From the NCBI GenBank assembly GCA_036405175.1, contig DASWYC010000002.1:251429-315428 (forward strand): 64,000 bases of DNA, read 5' to 3'. The translations under genes and the position numbers were made by a program. Under the pieces are notes generated by a model that saw only the letters and a program-made list of their open reading frames with translations, was not told the DNA's origin and ran no database searches. The DNA comes from Minisyncoccota bacterium. GTDB lineage: Bacteria > Patescibacteriota > Minisyncoccia > Phycocordibacterales > UBA1006. This document shows, piece by piece, positions 10,036 to 20,243 of this stretch. Numbering within the stretch: the first letter of the stretch is position 1; the number at the start of each line of letters is the position of its first letter.

Positions 10036-12387
10036 ATGATGCGATTTTTTACAACGCTTGCTCCGCTACTTATGATCGTTGGATCATTTTTTACAACAAC
10101 TGCAGCTTCTGCAGCAGTTGAACTTACCGGAAGTAACTCATTTACCGGAACAACCAGTGTTGCAATGCCAATTACCGATCTTCAGCTTACCGGAAGCAGC
10201 GGATCACCCGTGCCAGTTAAGCTTTTGGTAACCAATGGAACACTTTCATTAGGCACCACTACCAATATCACGTTTACCTCAGGAGGAAATAACGCATCCG
10301 CACTTTATTTTAGCGGAACAGTAGCAGATATAAATGCAGCCTTGGCTTCACTCACATATACACGCGGGAGCGCAGGAAGTGACACACTTGAAGTTTCATT
10401 GGTAAATCCTGGAGAAGTATTTTTCCCAGATAATGGACACCTCTATAAATTTATCTCAGGAAGCATCAACTGGAACAGCGCAAAAACAGCAGCAGAAGCC
10501 TTAACTGAATATGGCGTATCAGGATATTTAGTAACCGTAACATCGTCAGCAGAAAATGCCTTTGTTGCCGCACGTCTTGGCGCAGACGGATGGATGGGAG
10601 CAAGCGACGCTGCTCTTGAAGGCGATTGGAAGTGGGTAACCGGACCAGAAACAGGAACATCATTTTGGTCAGGAACATATACGGGAGGGCCAGTAAGTAG
10701 CCGTTATTCCAACTGGAATAATAACGAGCCAAATCAAGCAGGAGAAGAAGATTGTGCGCAATTTTACTCAAGCAGTGGAAAGTGGAATGATCTTTCTTGT
10801 GGAAATAGTATTGGCGGATATGTTGCAGAATTTGGAGCAGGAAGCACTAATCCAACCGTTGTTGCAAAAAATATTTCAATCACAACCGCCAATAATCCAA
10901 CTATAAGCAGCCTTACACCAGCGGATAACTCAACAAACATCACCACGGGAACTAATCTTACCATGGTGTTCAGCACCACTATTTCGGTGGGCACCGGAAA
11001 CATTCTTATTAAAAAGACTTCTGATGACTCAACGGTTGAAACCATTGACGTTGCAAGCGGCAAGGTAACCGGATGGGGAACTAATACTATCGTTATTAAT
11101 CCCGACACTACACTCGCAGAATCTACCGGTTACTATATTTCTATTCCTAATACTGCTTTTAAAGATGGATCAAATCGTTTTTACGCAGGAATTTCCAACA
11201 ATAGCACCTGGAATTTTACGACTGGAGATTTTACTGCACCAGTTTTGAGTGCAATTAATTCTGTGCCATCTTCAACTAGTACAACTATTACCTGGACAAC
11301 TAACGAGAATGCTTCAACACGTGTATCATATGGCGCAACATCATCATACGGTGTAAATACATCAGAAACAGATACCTCACCACGCGTGACCAGTCACACC
11401 GTTAACTTAACCAGCCTTATTCCATGTACTACGTATAACTTCCGCGTAACTTCTACGGATGGATCAGTCAATGCAAACGTAGCTAACTCAACCAACAATA
11501 CGTTTAAGACCACGGGGTGTACTGCAAATTCAGAATCAACTGCACAATCATCAACAAATGTAACAACAAGCAGTACTAGCACAACCTCATTAACCGATTC
11601 ATCAACAACACTCGTTGTTCAAACACCGTCAAACTTTACCACCACACCGTCATTGGTAATTCAAATTCAGTCACTTCCAAGCAAAAATATCATTAGTAAT
11701 ATTGGAACACCATCAGGTATTCCAAATCATATTGGAGATATTGTATTTGATGTTAAAGCAATCGTTAATGCAACAACCGTACTTGATTCATTTGATGCGC
11801 CTGTAACGATTACCTATACGTATACCGATGAAGATATTGAAGGTATTGAGGAATCTACACTGTGGCTGTATCACTACCACAATAACGCATGGGCAAAACT
11901 TGATAACTGTACGGTAGACATGGCAAATAATTTTATTCAATGTACCACCCAAGGATTTTCACTCTTCTCGCTCTTTGGGCAAACGCAACAAGTTGCTACC
12001 AGCAATGCGCTTCGCGCAAAAGGATGTAGAGATTCAAAAGCAAAAAATTATTCTGACTTTGTACTCCATGTGCAAGAAATGTGTGAATACTCGGCAAAGA
12101 CTGCAGACGCAAAAGGAAAGAAGATTAGCACTCCAGTTTTTACCAAAGATTTACAACTTGGATCAAAAGATACGGAAGTCTATGAATTACAAAAATTCCT
12201 CAATAATAATGGATTTGTAATCGCTAAGAATGGAGCAGGATCACCCGGGAAGGAGAGTCAGCAATTTGGTGCGCTTACCAAGAATGCACTTAGATCATTC
12301 CAAAAGGCACATAAGATTTCTCCAGCAACAGGCAATCTGGGACCAATTACTCGTAAATATATTACAGATTTAAGCCAGAAAAAGTAA
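10036..12387 (+). CDS. cell-surface protein with a C-type lectin domain, Ig/FN3-like repeats, a Ser/Thr-rich linker and a C-terminal peptidoglycan-binding domain
   Basis: The start was moved to MMRFFTTLAPLLMIVGSFFTTTAASAA, a signal peptide. The CTLD (about nt 10435-10833) reads WNSAKTAAEAL...ENAFV...WMGASD...EGDWKWV...YSNWNNNEPNQAGEEDCAQF...GKWNDLSCG, with EPN and WND motifs. An FN3-like segment is TITWTTNENASTRVSYG...YNFRVTSTD. The C-terminal PG_binding_1-like segment is ELQKFLNNNGF...FGALTKNALRSFQKAH. Confidence 0.7.
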   Translation: MMRFFTTLAPLLMIVGSFFTTTAASAAVELTGSNSFTGTTSVAMPITDLQLTGSSGSPVPVKLLVTNGTLSLGTTTNITFTSGGNNASALYFSGTVADINAALASLTYTRGSAGSDTLEVSLVNPGEVFFPDNGHLYKFISGSINWNSAKTAAEALTEYGVSGYLVTVTSSAENAFVAARLGADGWMGASDAALEGDWKWVTGPETGTSFWSGTYTGGPVSSRYSNWNNNEPNQAGEEDCAQFYSSSGKWNDLSCGNSIGGYVAEFGAGSTNPTVVAKNISITTANNPTISSLTPADNSTNITTGTNLTMVFSTTISVGTGNILIKKTSDDSTVETIDVASGKVTGWGTNTIVINPDTTLAESTGYYISIPNTAFKDGSNRFYAGISNNSTWNFTTGDFTAPVLSAINSVPSSTSTTITWTTNENASTRVSYGATSSYGVNTSETDTSPRVTSHTVNLTSLIPCTTYNFRVTSTDGSVNANVANSTNNTFKTTGCTANSESTAQSSTNVTTSSTSTTSLTDSSTTLVVQTPSNFTTTPSLVIQIQSLPSKNIISNIGTPSGIPNHIGDIVFDVKAIVNATTVLDSFDAPVTITYTYTDEDIEGIEESTLWLYHYHNNAWAKLDNCTVDMANNFIQCTTQGFSLFSLFGQTQQVATSNALRAKGCRDSKAKNYSDFVLHVQEMCEYSAKTADAKGKKISTPVFTKDLQLGSKDTEVYELQKFLNNNGFVIAKNGAGSPGKESQQFGALTKNALRSFQKAHKISPATGNLGPITRKYITDLSQKK

Positions 12388-12458
12388 ATGAAATTTGAAT
12401 GAAGCTCATCATGCGTGATGGGTTTTCATTTTGAGAGATAGGCGTATACTACCAGTAT

Positions 12459-12932
12459 ATGAAGAAAGCAATCATTACCCTCATTATTCTGATTATCATT
12501 GTTGCCGGAGTGTCACTTATTCTTGCCAAGAAACAGACCAATGCACCTGTAACAGAGACTCCTACCACAGAAACTGCCCAAGATATTAAAGGTTGTTATA
12601 TAGCGCGTCTTGCAAAAGATGTATACACCCTTAATATTCAAAATCAAACCAACGAAGCTGTGACTGGAACTCTCGCATTCAAGAACTTTGAAAAGGATAG
12701 CTCATCAGGAACATTCTCAGGAATGTATCAGAATGATGTTCTTCTTGGAGTATACAGTTTTAGTTCTGAGGGAATGGATTCTGTGATGCAGGTTGCATTC
12801 AAGAAAACTCCTGAAGGATTTGTTCGCGGATTTGGCGATGTAACCACCGAAGGAAACACTGTTAAGTTTAACGATGTAAATGCCCTTGAGTGGGACACTA
12901 AAGCGGTGTTTAAAGCAGAAGCTTGCCAGTAA
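12459..12932 (+). CDS. membrane-anchored small hypothetical protein
   Basis: It has an N-terminal signal anchor (IITLIILIIIVAGVSLILA). No further motifs were seen. Confidence 0.45.
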   Translation: MKKAIITLIILIIIVAGVSLILAKKQTNAPVTETPTTETAQDIKGCYIARLAKDVYTLNIQNQTNEAVTGTLAFKNFEKDSSSGTFSGMYQNDVLLGVYSFSSEGMDSVMQVAFKKTPEGFVRGFGDVTTEGNTVKFNDVNALEWDTKAVFKAEACQ

Positions 12933-12941
12933 ATAAATCCC

Positions 12942-13655
12942 ATGGAACAGTATTGGCTTTCCAATTCTGGATATTATATTCTTAAAGATTCTGGTACGTG
13001 GCCAGAATTTTTAGGTGCGTTTTTAGGTGCACTTTTTGCCTTTGTATTTGGACTGCTTACCTACATAATCTCAAAAAAGAATGAACGTTTTGTATTAAAT
13101 CAGAATGCCCTAGTAAAACTAGAAAGGATATTACATAAGCATTTAAATAATTTAGGTATATTGGAGGCAATAGCGACTGGAGCTCAAGATATATTAAAGG
13201 CTCAGGGTATACCTACGAGTAGAATTTTCCCTATTGAAACCCCTGATCAAGCTGAAATGGATTTAATTGATATTGAATTCATAAATAAAGTTCATCTTTA
13301 CAGTATGAGTTTAAGAGCTCTAAATTTTAATATTATGACAATAACTCATACACTAACGCGAATAGAAGATCTTTATATTAATGGTCGAACTATTGAAGCT
13401 AAAAATTTCGAAGTCATTATAAGAATGCTTCAAGGTTTTCTAAACGATCTTCCTTCTATTAACAAGAAAACCAAACAACTTCTCATTATTACAAGACTCC
13501 ATATTCATCACTTAAACAAAAAAGTGAATCTCTTGGAAAGACTTATTAAGAACAGCTGGAGACCGCTCTTTACGGAAGAACTAATCTTAAATGAACAAAA
13601 GAAGCTTGATGAAGAAATTAAAAAAATACAGGAAAGCGGAGACGATAACTTTTAA
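12942..13655 (+). CDS. hypothetical single-pass membrane protein
   Basis: It has one TM (FLGAFLGALFAFVFGLLTYII) followed by an alpha-helical soluble part. Confidence 0.4.
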   Translation: MEQYWLSNSGYYILKDSGTWPEFLGAFLGALFAFVFGLLTYIISKKNERFVLNQNALVKLERILHKHLNNLGILEAIATGAQDILKAQGIPTSRIFPIETPDQAEMDLIDIEFINKVHLYSMSLRALNFNIMTITHTLTRIEDLYINGRTIEAKNFEVIIRMLQGFLNDLPSINKKTKQLLIITRLHIHHLNKKVNLLERLIKNSWRPLFTEELILNEQKKLDEEIKKIQESGDDNF

Positions 13656-13757
13656 CCTAAGAATTTCTACTGAAAAGCTGTATGAGTGGATTTTATTTTT
13701 TACCCAAACATTTCAATTTTAAGAACATAGAGACGGTATACTAGATACATTATCTGT

Positions 13758-16469
13758 ATGCGCAAACAATCTTCATCTCAACAAACTCACATTAAAAAAT
13801 CATGGCACAGTATGGCGCTTGATGAGGTTTTTGCTCAAACAAACTCATCAGAAAAGGGAATCTCTCCTAAAGATGCCACGCATAGATTAGCCCAATATGG
13901 TCAGAATACACTGCCAGAAGAAAAAAGTGATTCACTCTTAAAGCTATTCATCCGCCAATTTAAAAGCCCGCTCATGTATATTATGATGCTGGCAACACTG
14001 GTATCGTTTTTGGTAGGCAATAACGTTGAGGGATTTTTTATCATTTTTGTAATGATCAGTAATGTATTAGTAGGGTTTTACCAAGAATACAAAGTAGATA
14101 AGTCACTCCAATCACTCAAAGAAGTGATTAAGCCTCAAGCTCGCGTGATCAGAAGTGGACGAGAATATGAAATTGAAGCAATTAATATTGTCATAGGAGA
14201 TGTAATTGCACTGCGTCCAGGAGACAAAATTCCGGCCGATGCACGCATTTTGGAATGCAAAGGACTCAAAGTGAACGAAGCAAGTTTAACCGGAGAAGCA
14301 AAAGCAGTAGACAAAATGGTTGGAGAAGTTAAACCTGATGTTGAAGTTGCTGATCGCACCAATATGGTATTTATGGGAACAACGGTTGAAGAGGGATCAG
14401 CGATTGCTATTACCGTTGCAACAGGTGCTCATACAGAATTTGGCGATATTGTATCACTGCTTAAAAAAACCGCGGAAGAAATGACACCGCTCCAAAAAAT
14501 GGTGATTTCACTTTCAAAGTTTATTGGTATCTTTATCACGATTGTTGTTGCAGTAGTTATTGCTATTGGATTTTTCTCGGGCTACGATTTTGAAACTATT
14601 TTTGAAAGCGCGTTAGCACTCTTTGTCTCAGCAATTCCAGAAGGATTATTGCCAGGAATTACGATTGTATTAGTGCTGGGTGTTCGTCATATCTTAAAGA
14701 GAAACGGACTTGTGCGTCGCATTGCTGCCACAGAAACACTTGGAGGTGTTACGGTAATTTGTACCGATAAAACAGGAACACTCACGGAAGGAAAAATGGA
14801 AGTGCATAGTCTGATCACCACAGATGGCGTACACGTATGCGAGCCTCATACCTATGATCAACTTTCTGAACGTGCCACAGCATTAATCCATGCAACCGTA
14901 CTGGCAACTGATGCGTATGTAGAAAATCCATCAGCTAAAAAAGAAGATTTGATTGTACGCGGAAGCATGACTGAACAATCGCTTATCCGCATGGCAGTTG
15001 CTGCACAGATGGACACCTATGCAATGCGTGAACGTGAACCAATTCTTGACCATATTCTGTTTTCTTCAGATAGAAAGTATTCAGCAAACCTGAGAACATC
15101 TAAGGAAGGGAATGTTGTGTACGTACTAGGTGCACCGGAACGTATTTTAAATCACACAACGCATGTATTAACCAGCACAGGAGCTGTGTCAGCTTCAAAT
15201 GCTGCATACAAAAAGCTTCTTGCAGAAAAAGATAAATTTGTTGCCATGGGGTATCGCGTAGTGGCATGTGCATCAAAATCTATTGATCATACCGTACAAA
15301 CAGGAGAGCTTGAGGCAGAGATGTCTGATCTTACGCTTATAGGATTTATTGCTATTTCTGATCCAGTACGCGCGGATGTTCCAGCCGCATTTAAAGACAC
15401 TAAGAAAGCAGGAATCAGAACTATTATTGTGACCGGTGATCATGCATTAACAGCGCAAGCAGTGGCTGAACAAATTGGCTTCACTATCCCTGCTGATAAA
15501 ATTATTGAAGGACATGATATTGAATCAATGACTGACGCGACTCTCAGAAAGAAAATTAAAACCATTGTATTGTGCGCACGTGTTTCTCCTCGTCATAAAC
15601 TTCGTATTGTTCAGGCGCTTCAATACAACGGAGAAGTAGTTGCCATGTTTGGTGATGGCGCCAATGATGCACCTGCACTTAAAGCAGCCGATATTGGAGT
15701 AGCGGTGCAAACAAAAATTTCTGCCGTGAGAGAAGTTGCAGACCTTGTGCTTCTTGATGGCGGATTTGGTACCATCATTAAAGCAATTGAACAGGGAAGA
15801 ATTATCTTTAACAATATTCGTAAGGTGTTTTTGTATTTGATTACGCAAGATTTTTCTCAATTCTTTATTTTTATCATGTCGATCTTGCTCGGATTACCAC
15901 TTCCAATTTTGGCAGTTCAGTTACTCTTGGTAAATTTAATTGAAAGCGGATTACCAGACCTTTCACTTACCACCGAACAAGAAAAAGAGGGAATTATGGA
16001 TGAACCTCCACGTGATCCAAAAGAATCTATTCTTAACAAGTCTTCCCGATATTGGATGGCAGCGTTGTTTATCACCAGCAGCAGTATTGCGATGATCTTG
16101 TACATTAGCTTATTAAGAACCGGCATACATATTGATCATGTGCGCACCATGATGACCGTGTTCTTGTGCCTTGAATCACTCTTCTTAGTATTCTCAGTAC
16201 GATCATTCACACGCAGTATTTTTAGAAAGAGTATCTTTGAGAATAAATTTATTACCTGGGCAGTAGTGATTAGTTTTGTGATGATATTAGCAGCGGTATA
16301 TCTACCGTCACTACAAAAGGTTCTTAATACCGTATCACTCAGTTTCCATGACTGGCTGTTGATTGCAACACTTAATTTGTGTGAGGTTGCTATTATCGAT
16401 CAATTCAAGAGATACTTCTTTCAGAAACCAAAGAAGATAAAAGGCGAAAGACAGGTATTGCAAAGCTAG
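13758..16469 (+). CDS. cation-transporting P-type ATPase (type IIA, Ca2+/Mg2+-ATPase-like)
   Basis: The phosphorylation motif is ICTDKTGTLT. PEGLLP, TGD and GDGANDAPALKAADIGVA are present. About 10 TM helices are predicted. Confidence 0.85.
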   Translation: MRKQSSSQQTHIKKSWHSMALDEVFAQTNSSEKGISPKDATHRLAQYGQNTLPEEKSDSLLKLFIRQFKSPLMYIMMLATLVSFLVGNNVEGFFIIFVMISNVLVGFYQEYKVDKSLQSLKEVIKPQARVIRSGREYEIEAINIVIGDVIALRPGDKIPADARILECKGLKVNEASLTGEAKAVDKMVGEVKPDVEVADRTNMVFMGTTVEEGSAIAITVATGAHTEFGDIVSLLKKTAEEMTPLQKMVISLSKFIGIFITIVVAVVIAIGFFSGYDFETIFESALALFVSAIPEGLLPGITIVLVLGVRHILKRNGLVRRIAATETLGGVTVICTDKTGTLTEGKMEVHSLITTDGVHVCEPHTYDQLSERATALIHATVLATDAYVENPSAKKEDLIVRGSMTEQSLIRMAVAAQMDTYAMREREPILDHILFSSDRKYSANLRTSKEGNVVYVLGAPERILNHTTHVLTSTGAVSASNAAYKKLLAEKDKFVAMGYRVVACASKSIDHTVQTGELEAEMSDLTLIGFIAISDPVRADVPAAFKDTKKAGIRTIIVTGDHALTAQAVAEQIGFTIPADKIIEGHDIESMTDATLRKKIKTIVLCARVSPRHKLRIVQALQYNGEVVAMFGDGANDAPALKAADIGVAVQTKISAVREVADLVLLDGGFGTIIKAIEQGRIIFNNIRKVFLYLITQDFSQFFIFIMSILLGLPLPILAVQLLLVNLIESGLPDLSLTTEQEKEGIMDEPPRDPKESILNKSSRYWMAALFITSSSIAMILYISLLRTGIHIDHVRTMMTVFLCLESLFLVFSVRSFTRSIFRKSIFENKFITWAVVISFVMILAAVYLPSLQKVLNTVSLSFHDWLLIATLNLCEVAIIDQFKRYFFQKPKKIKGERQVLQS

Positions 16470-16852
16470 ATGAAGAAACTTATTATAAAGAGGTGTTTCC
16501 TTAACAATGTTTTCAGTTCATATTAGCCATAGAAGAAGCACTCCCTAACTAACGGACTTTTCTTATTTAACACCAGCCTAATATTGAACACATTAAAAAC
16601 ACAAAACCCTACAAATCTAGCCGACATCCTACTATGGAAAAGTCGGCTATTTTTATGCTCAAAATCCCCATTCTTGACAAATTTATCAAAAAATGCTATT
16701 TTTTACACATTGGGATATAGCTCGGATACATTTTATGACTGTGTTTCAATATTACTCGGATAACACAGTGGTGGTCCTTCACATAAGAAAATCTATAAAA
16801 ACCAGTAAAACTGGCTGATACTCGTGTGTTTTACTATTACTCAACTTAAATT

Positions 16853-18070
16853 ATGGCTTTTAAACCAGCAAAACGCGGGCGGCGCAGCGAACACGCGCAG
16901 CAAAAAAATAGAAACTATAAACAAGCAGGCGGACACGCCGGAAAAAATCAGCGCAAGCGTATCATGCGTAACGGCATTGATATTTCTAAGTTCATCAACA
17001 AAGCAGAACCTATTAAGGAAGCTGCTCCATATATTCCTACGCATACATTTGCAGATTTTAATTTACATGAGTTGCTTCAAAAGAATATTATTGCAAAAAA
17101 TTATGTTAATCCAAGTCCAATTCAAGACAACGCTATTCCAGCCGCGCTTGAAGGACGTGACGTTGTTGGTATTGCCAACACCGGAACAGGAAAGACTGCA
17201 GCATTTTTGATTCCAATCATTAATAAAATTCTTGAAAACCCATCAGAGACCGCATTAATTATTACGCCAACGCGCGAGCTTGCGATCCAAATTGATAAGG
17301 AGTTTGCAAGTTTTACCAAAGGAATCAGTCTCTTTAGCGCAGTATGTGTTGGAGGAGCACCCATGTTCCAGCAGATCAAAAACATTCGTAAAGGATGCCA
17401 TGTGGTTATTGGAACACCGGGACGCTTGATTGACCTTGCAGAGCGCGGAGAAATTGATTTCTCAGGCGTAAGCAATGTTGTTCTTGATGAAGCAGACAAA
17501 ATGCTTGATATGGGATTTATTGATGATATTGCCCGCATGCTTGAGGTAATGCCAGAGGATAAGCAAAGCTTGTTCTTCTCAGCAACCTTCCCAAAGAAAA
17601 TCGAAAACTTGGTTCAGAGCTTTATGCATGATCCGGAAATTATTACCGTTAAAACACGTGACACCTCAAAAAATATTGATCAGGACGTTGTGTATACTAC
17701 GGATTTTCCAACCAAGATTGATGGTCTTCATACAATTTTGTCTGAGGGCGAAGCTAAGAAGGTAATTATCTTTGCAGGTATGAAAACTACCGTGCATGAT
17801 CTTGCACTTGAGCTTGAACGTCGCGGACACCGCGCAGGTTCTATTCATGGTGATAAGCGTCACCGTGAACGTCAGCAGATTCTTGAAGCTTTTAAGAAAA
17901 ATGATATCTCAATCCTTGTTGCAACCGATGTTGCAGCCCGAGGGCTTGATATTCCAGAAGTTACACACGTAATCAACTACGAAATTCCAAACAGCTACGA
18001 CACGTATGTTCACCGTATTGGACGAACAGGACGTGCAGATAAAAAAGGTTTTGCAATTACGTTTGTCTAA
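16853..18070 (+). CDS. DEAD-box ATP-dependent RNA helicase
   Basis: Q-motif FADFNL...PSPIQ, Walker A TGTGKTAAF, DEAD in VLDEADKML, SAT, and HRIGRTGR. There is a basic N-terminal extension, so the exact start is uncertain. Confidence 0.85.
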   Translation: MAFKPAKRGRRSEHAQQKNRNYKQAGGHAGKNQRKRIMRNGIDISKFINKAEPIKEAAPYIPTHTFADFNLHELLQKNIIAKNYVNPSPIQDNAIPAALEGRDVVGIANTGTGKTAAFLIPIINKILENPSETALIITPTRELAIQIDKEFASFTKGISLFSAVCVGGAPMFQQIKNIRKGCHVVIGTPGRLIDLAERGEIDFSGVSNVVLDEADKMLDMGFIDDIARMLEVMPEDKQSLFFSATFPKKIENLVQSFMHDPEIITVKTRDTSKNIDQDVVYTTDFPTKIDGLHTILSEGEAKKVIIFAGMKTTVHDLALELERRGHRAGSIHGDKRHRERQQILEAFKKNDISILVATDVAARGLDIPEVTHVINYEIPNSYDTYVHRIGRTGRADKKGFAITFV

Positions 18071-18204
18071 TTTTAGAAAGAGTAAACATAAATAGGTGCG
18101 GCTGAAGACACACTTATACAAAATCCCTCAGAGAAATCTGAGGGATTTTAATTGATTCCTTGCGAATTAGGGTCATTTACTCGAAAAGTGTTATACTCAT
18201 TAAA

Positions 18205-18762
18205 ATGAATACGCTTGACTACATCAAAACAAAACAGCAAACGTGGTTTAAACATATTCAACCTTACCTGTCTGCGACAAATCTTAATGTGGGAAGTGGG
18301 CATGGGTTTTTCTCCCAAGCTGCACAGGATGCAGGTATTTCAATGACTTCATTAGAGGTATGTCTTCCTGAAAACGTGATTAACAAAAATGATGTAGTTT
18401 TGTACGATGGCATACGTATGCCTTTCGACGATAATGCTTTTGATGTTTCGATTGCAATGTACGTTTTACATCATACGTCAGACCCAGTCCGTGTTCTTAA
18501 CGAAATGAAGCGGGTATCGAAAAAACGAATAATACTAGTTGAACAATTATATACAAACTTCTTTGGGAAAATTTACTTAGCAATTGATGATTGGTTGGTT
18601 AACATTAGAGGAGGTCTCAGATCAAGTTTTTATTGGCATAGCTATCTCACATATAACCGGCTACGGGATATTTCTCAAGAGGGCGGATGGAAGATATATC
18701 ACACAGAATCGAAATCGAGAACAGGATTTAATGATGTGTTATGGATTCTTGAGAGAATATGA
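18205..18762 (+). CDS. class I SAM-dependent methyltransferase (Methyltransf_11-like)
   Basis: The start was trimmed to MNTLDYIK. GSGHGFF and a following acidic residue are typical of a small-molecule methyltransferase. Confidence 0.55.
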   Translation: MNTLDYIKTKQQTWFKHIQPYLSATNLNVGSGHGFFSQAAQDAGISMTSLEVCLPENVINKNDVVLYDGIRMPFDDNAFDVSIAMYVLHHTSDPVRVLNEMKRVSKKRIILVEQLYTNFFGKIYLAIDDWLVNIRGGLRSSFYWHSYLTYNRLRDISQEGGWKIYHTESKSRTGFNDVLWILERI

Positions 18763-18781
18763 TACGCTCACTTTTAGCAAT

Positions 18782-19555
18782 ATGTCCACCGATGATAAAT
18801 CAATAAAATTCTATAAAACTAAGGCTCAGGAATACGCTGCTCAAGTTCGAAGCCCAAAAGATTCTGTCTATCATGCTTATTATGAAAAACCTGCAATGTA
18901 TTCGCTCTTGCCTGATCTTATTAATAAAACAGTATTAAGCATAGGCTGCGGTAGCGGAGAAGATAGTATCTATCTCAAGAAGCAGGGGGCTGAAAAATCT
19001 ATCGGAATTGACTTGTCTGATGAACTAATCGATATTGCCAAAGATTCCTATCCTGAATGTGAATTTCATGTCATGAATATGGAGAAGTTAGGCTTTCCTG
19101 ACAGTAGTTTTGATTTTGCCTATTCTAGTCTTGCTATTCACTATGTTGAAGATTGGAGTATTGTTTTTAAAGAAGTCTTTCGTGTTTTAAAACCCAACTC
19201 TCATTTTCTTTTTTCATGCGGACATCCTGTTCGATTTGCCCTAAGCAATGAAAAGACCGATGATTATTCAACCAAAAAGCTTGAAGTAAGAAAAAACAAC
19301 CATACAGGTGAGATTATAATTACTGGTGATTATCTTACAAAAAAGAAAGCACTTGATGCAATGGGAAAAGATACGGTAAACCTTTGGGTTATGCCAGTAG
19401 GAGATATTGCAACCCTAGCCATCGACGCAGGATTTGCGATTGAAAGACTCATCGAGCCGCGACCTCTTGAAAAACTTAAGAGTATTGACCCTAAAACTTA
19501 TAACATATTAAGCAAGATACCTGAGTTCATTATATTCAAGTTAAGAAAAGTATAG
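18782..19555 (+). CDS. class I SAM-dependent methyltransferase
   Basis: The start was trimmed to MSTDD, after the upstream stop. Motif I is LSIGCGSGEDSIYL, followed by IDLSDE and VLKPNSHFLF. Confidence 0.6.
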   Translation: MSTDDKSIKFYKTKAQEYAAQVRSPKDSVYHAYYEKPAMYSLLPDLINKTVLSIGCGSGEDSIYLKKQGAEKSIGIDLSDELIDIAKDSYPECEFHVMNMEKLGFPDSSFDFAYSSLAIHYVEDWSIVFKEVFRVLKPNSHFLFSCGHPVRFALSNEKTDDYSTKKLEVRKNNHTGEIIITGDYLTKKKALDAMGKDTVNLWVMPVGDIATLAIDAGFAIERLIEPRPLEKLKSIDPKTYNILSKIPEFIIFKLRKV

Positions 19556-19610
19556 CTTTCTGTCGAAGAATGAGTGCATAATTCGATTGTGAGGTATACA
19601 CTTAACTTAT

Positions 19611-20213
19611 ATGCTTGACTGGGCAACCAATATCATAGAATCAAGCGGATATCTAGGTGTATTCTTAGGAATGTTTCTTGAAAATATTTTTCCTCCGCTT
19701 CCATCAGAGCTTATGATGATCTTTTCTGGTGCAACTGCAGGGAAGGGAGATCTTAATATTATTTTGGTTATCTTAGCTGGTTCGATAGGCTCAGTCATTG
19801 GATTGCTGCCATGGTTTTATCTTGGTAAGTGGTTTGGCCGCAAGCGACTCAAAAAACTTGCTGATAAGTTTGGAAGATTCTTAACATTTTCAGGGGAAGA
19901 TATTGAAAAAGCAGATAAGTGGTTTGAAAAGCACGGAAAGAAAATCGTATTCTTTGGACGATTCTTACCGGCGGTGCGCACACTCGTTGCCATTCCTGCA
20001 GCTATTACCGAAATGAAGCTCTGGAAATTTATGCTCTATGCATTCTTGGGATCAATTGTGTATGATGGAGCATTTGCAATGTTGGGGTATTTTGTGGGAG
20101 ATAATGACACTAAGCAACTTGAAAAGATTGTTGATATTGGAACCTATATTGTTTTAGGTCTTGTAGTTATTTGGTACATATACCGTGTGATTACGTTCAA
20201 AAAGAAAAAATAA
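19611..20213 (+). CDS. DedA/SNARE-associated family membrane protein
   Basis: LGVFLGMFLENIFPPLPSE and FGRFLPAVRTLVAIPAA are DedA signature segments. Confidence 0.7.
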   Translation: MLDWATNIIESSGYLGVFLGMFLENIFPPLPSELMMIFSGATAGKGDLNIILVILAGSIGSVIGLLPWFYLGKWFGRKRLKKLADKFGRFLTFSGEDIEKADKWFEKHGKKIVFFGRFLPAVRTLVAIPAAITEMKLWKFMLYAFLGSIVYDGAFAMLGYFVGDNDTKQLEKIVDIGTYIVLGLVVIWYIYRVITFKKKK

Positions 20214-20241
20214 AAATCCGCTCACTATGAGCGGTTTTTTA
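20212..20241. terminator. bidirectional intrinsic terminator between convergent dedA-like and pspC-domain genes
   Basis: aaaaatccgctca cta tgagcggtttttt has a 7-bp GC stem. It is flanked by an A-run and a T-run. Confidence 0.6.
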
Positions 20242-20243
20242 TT

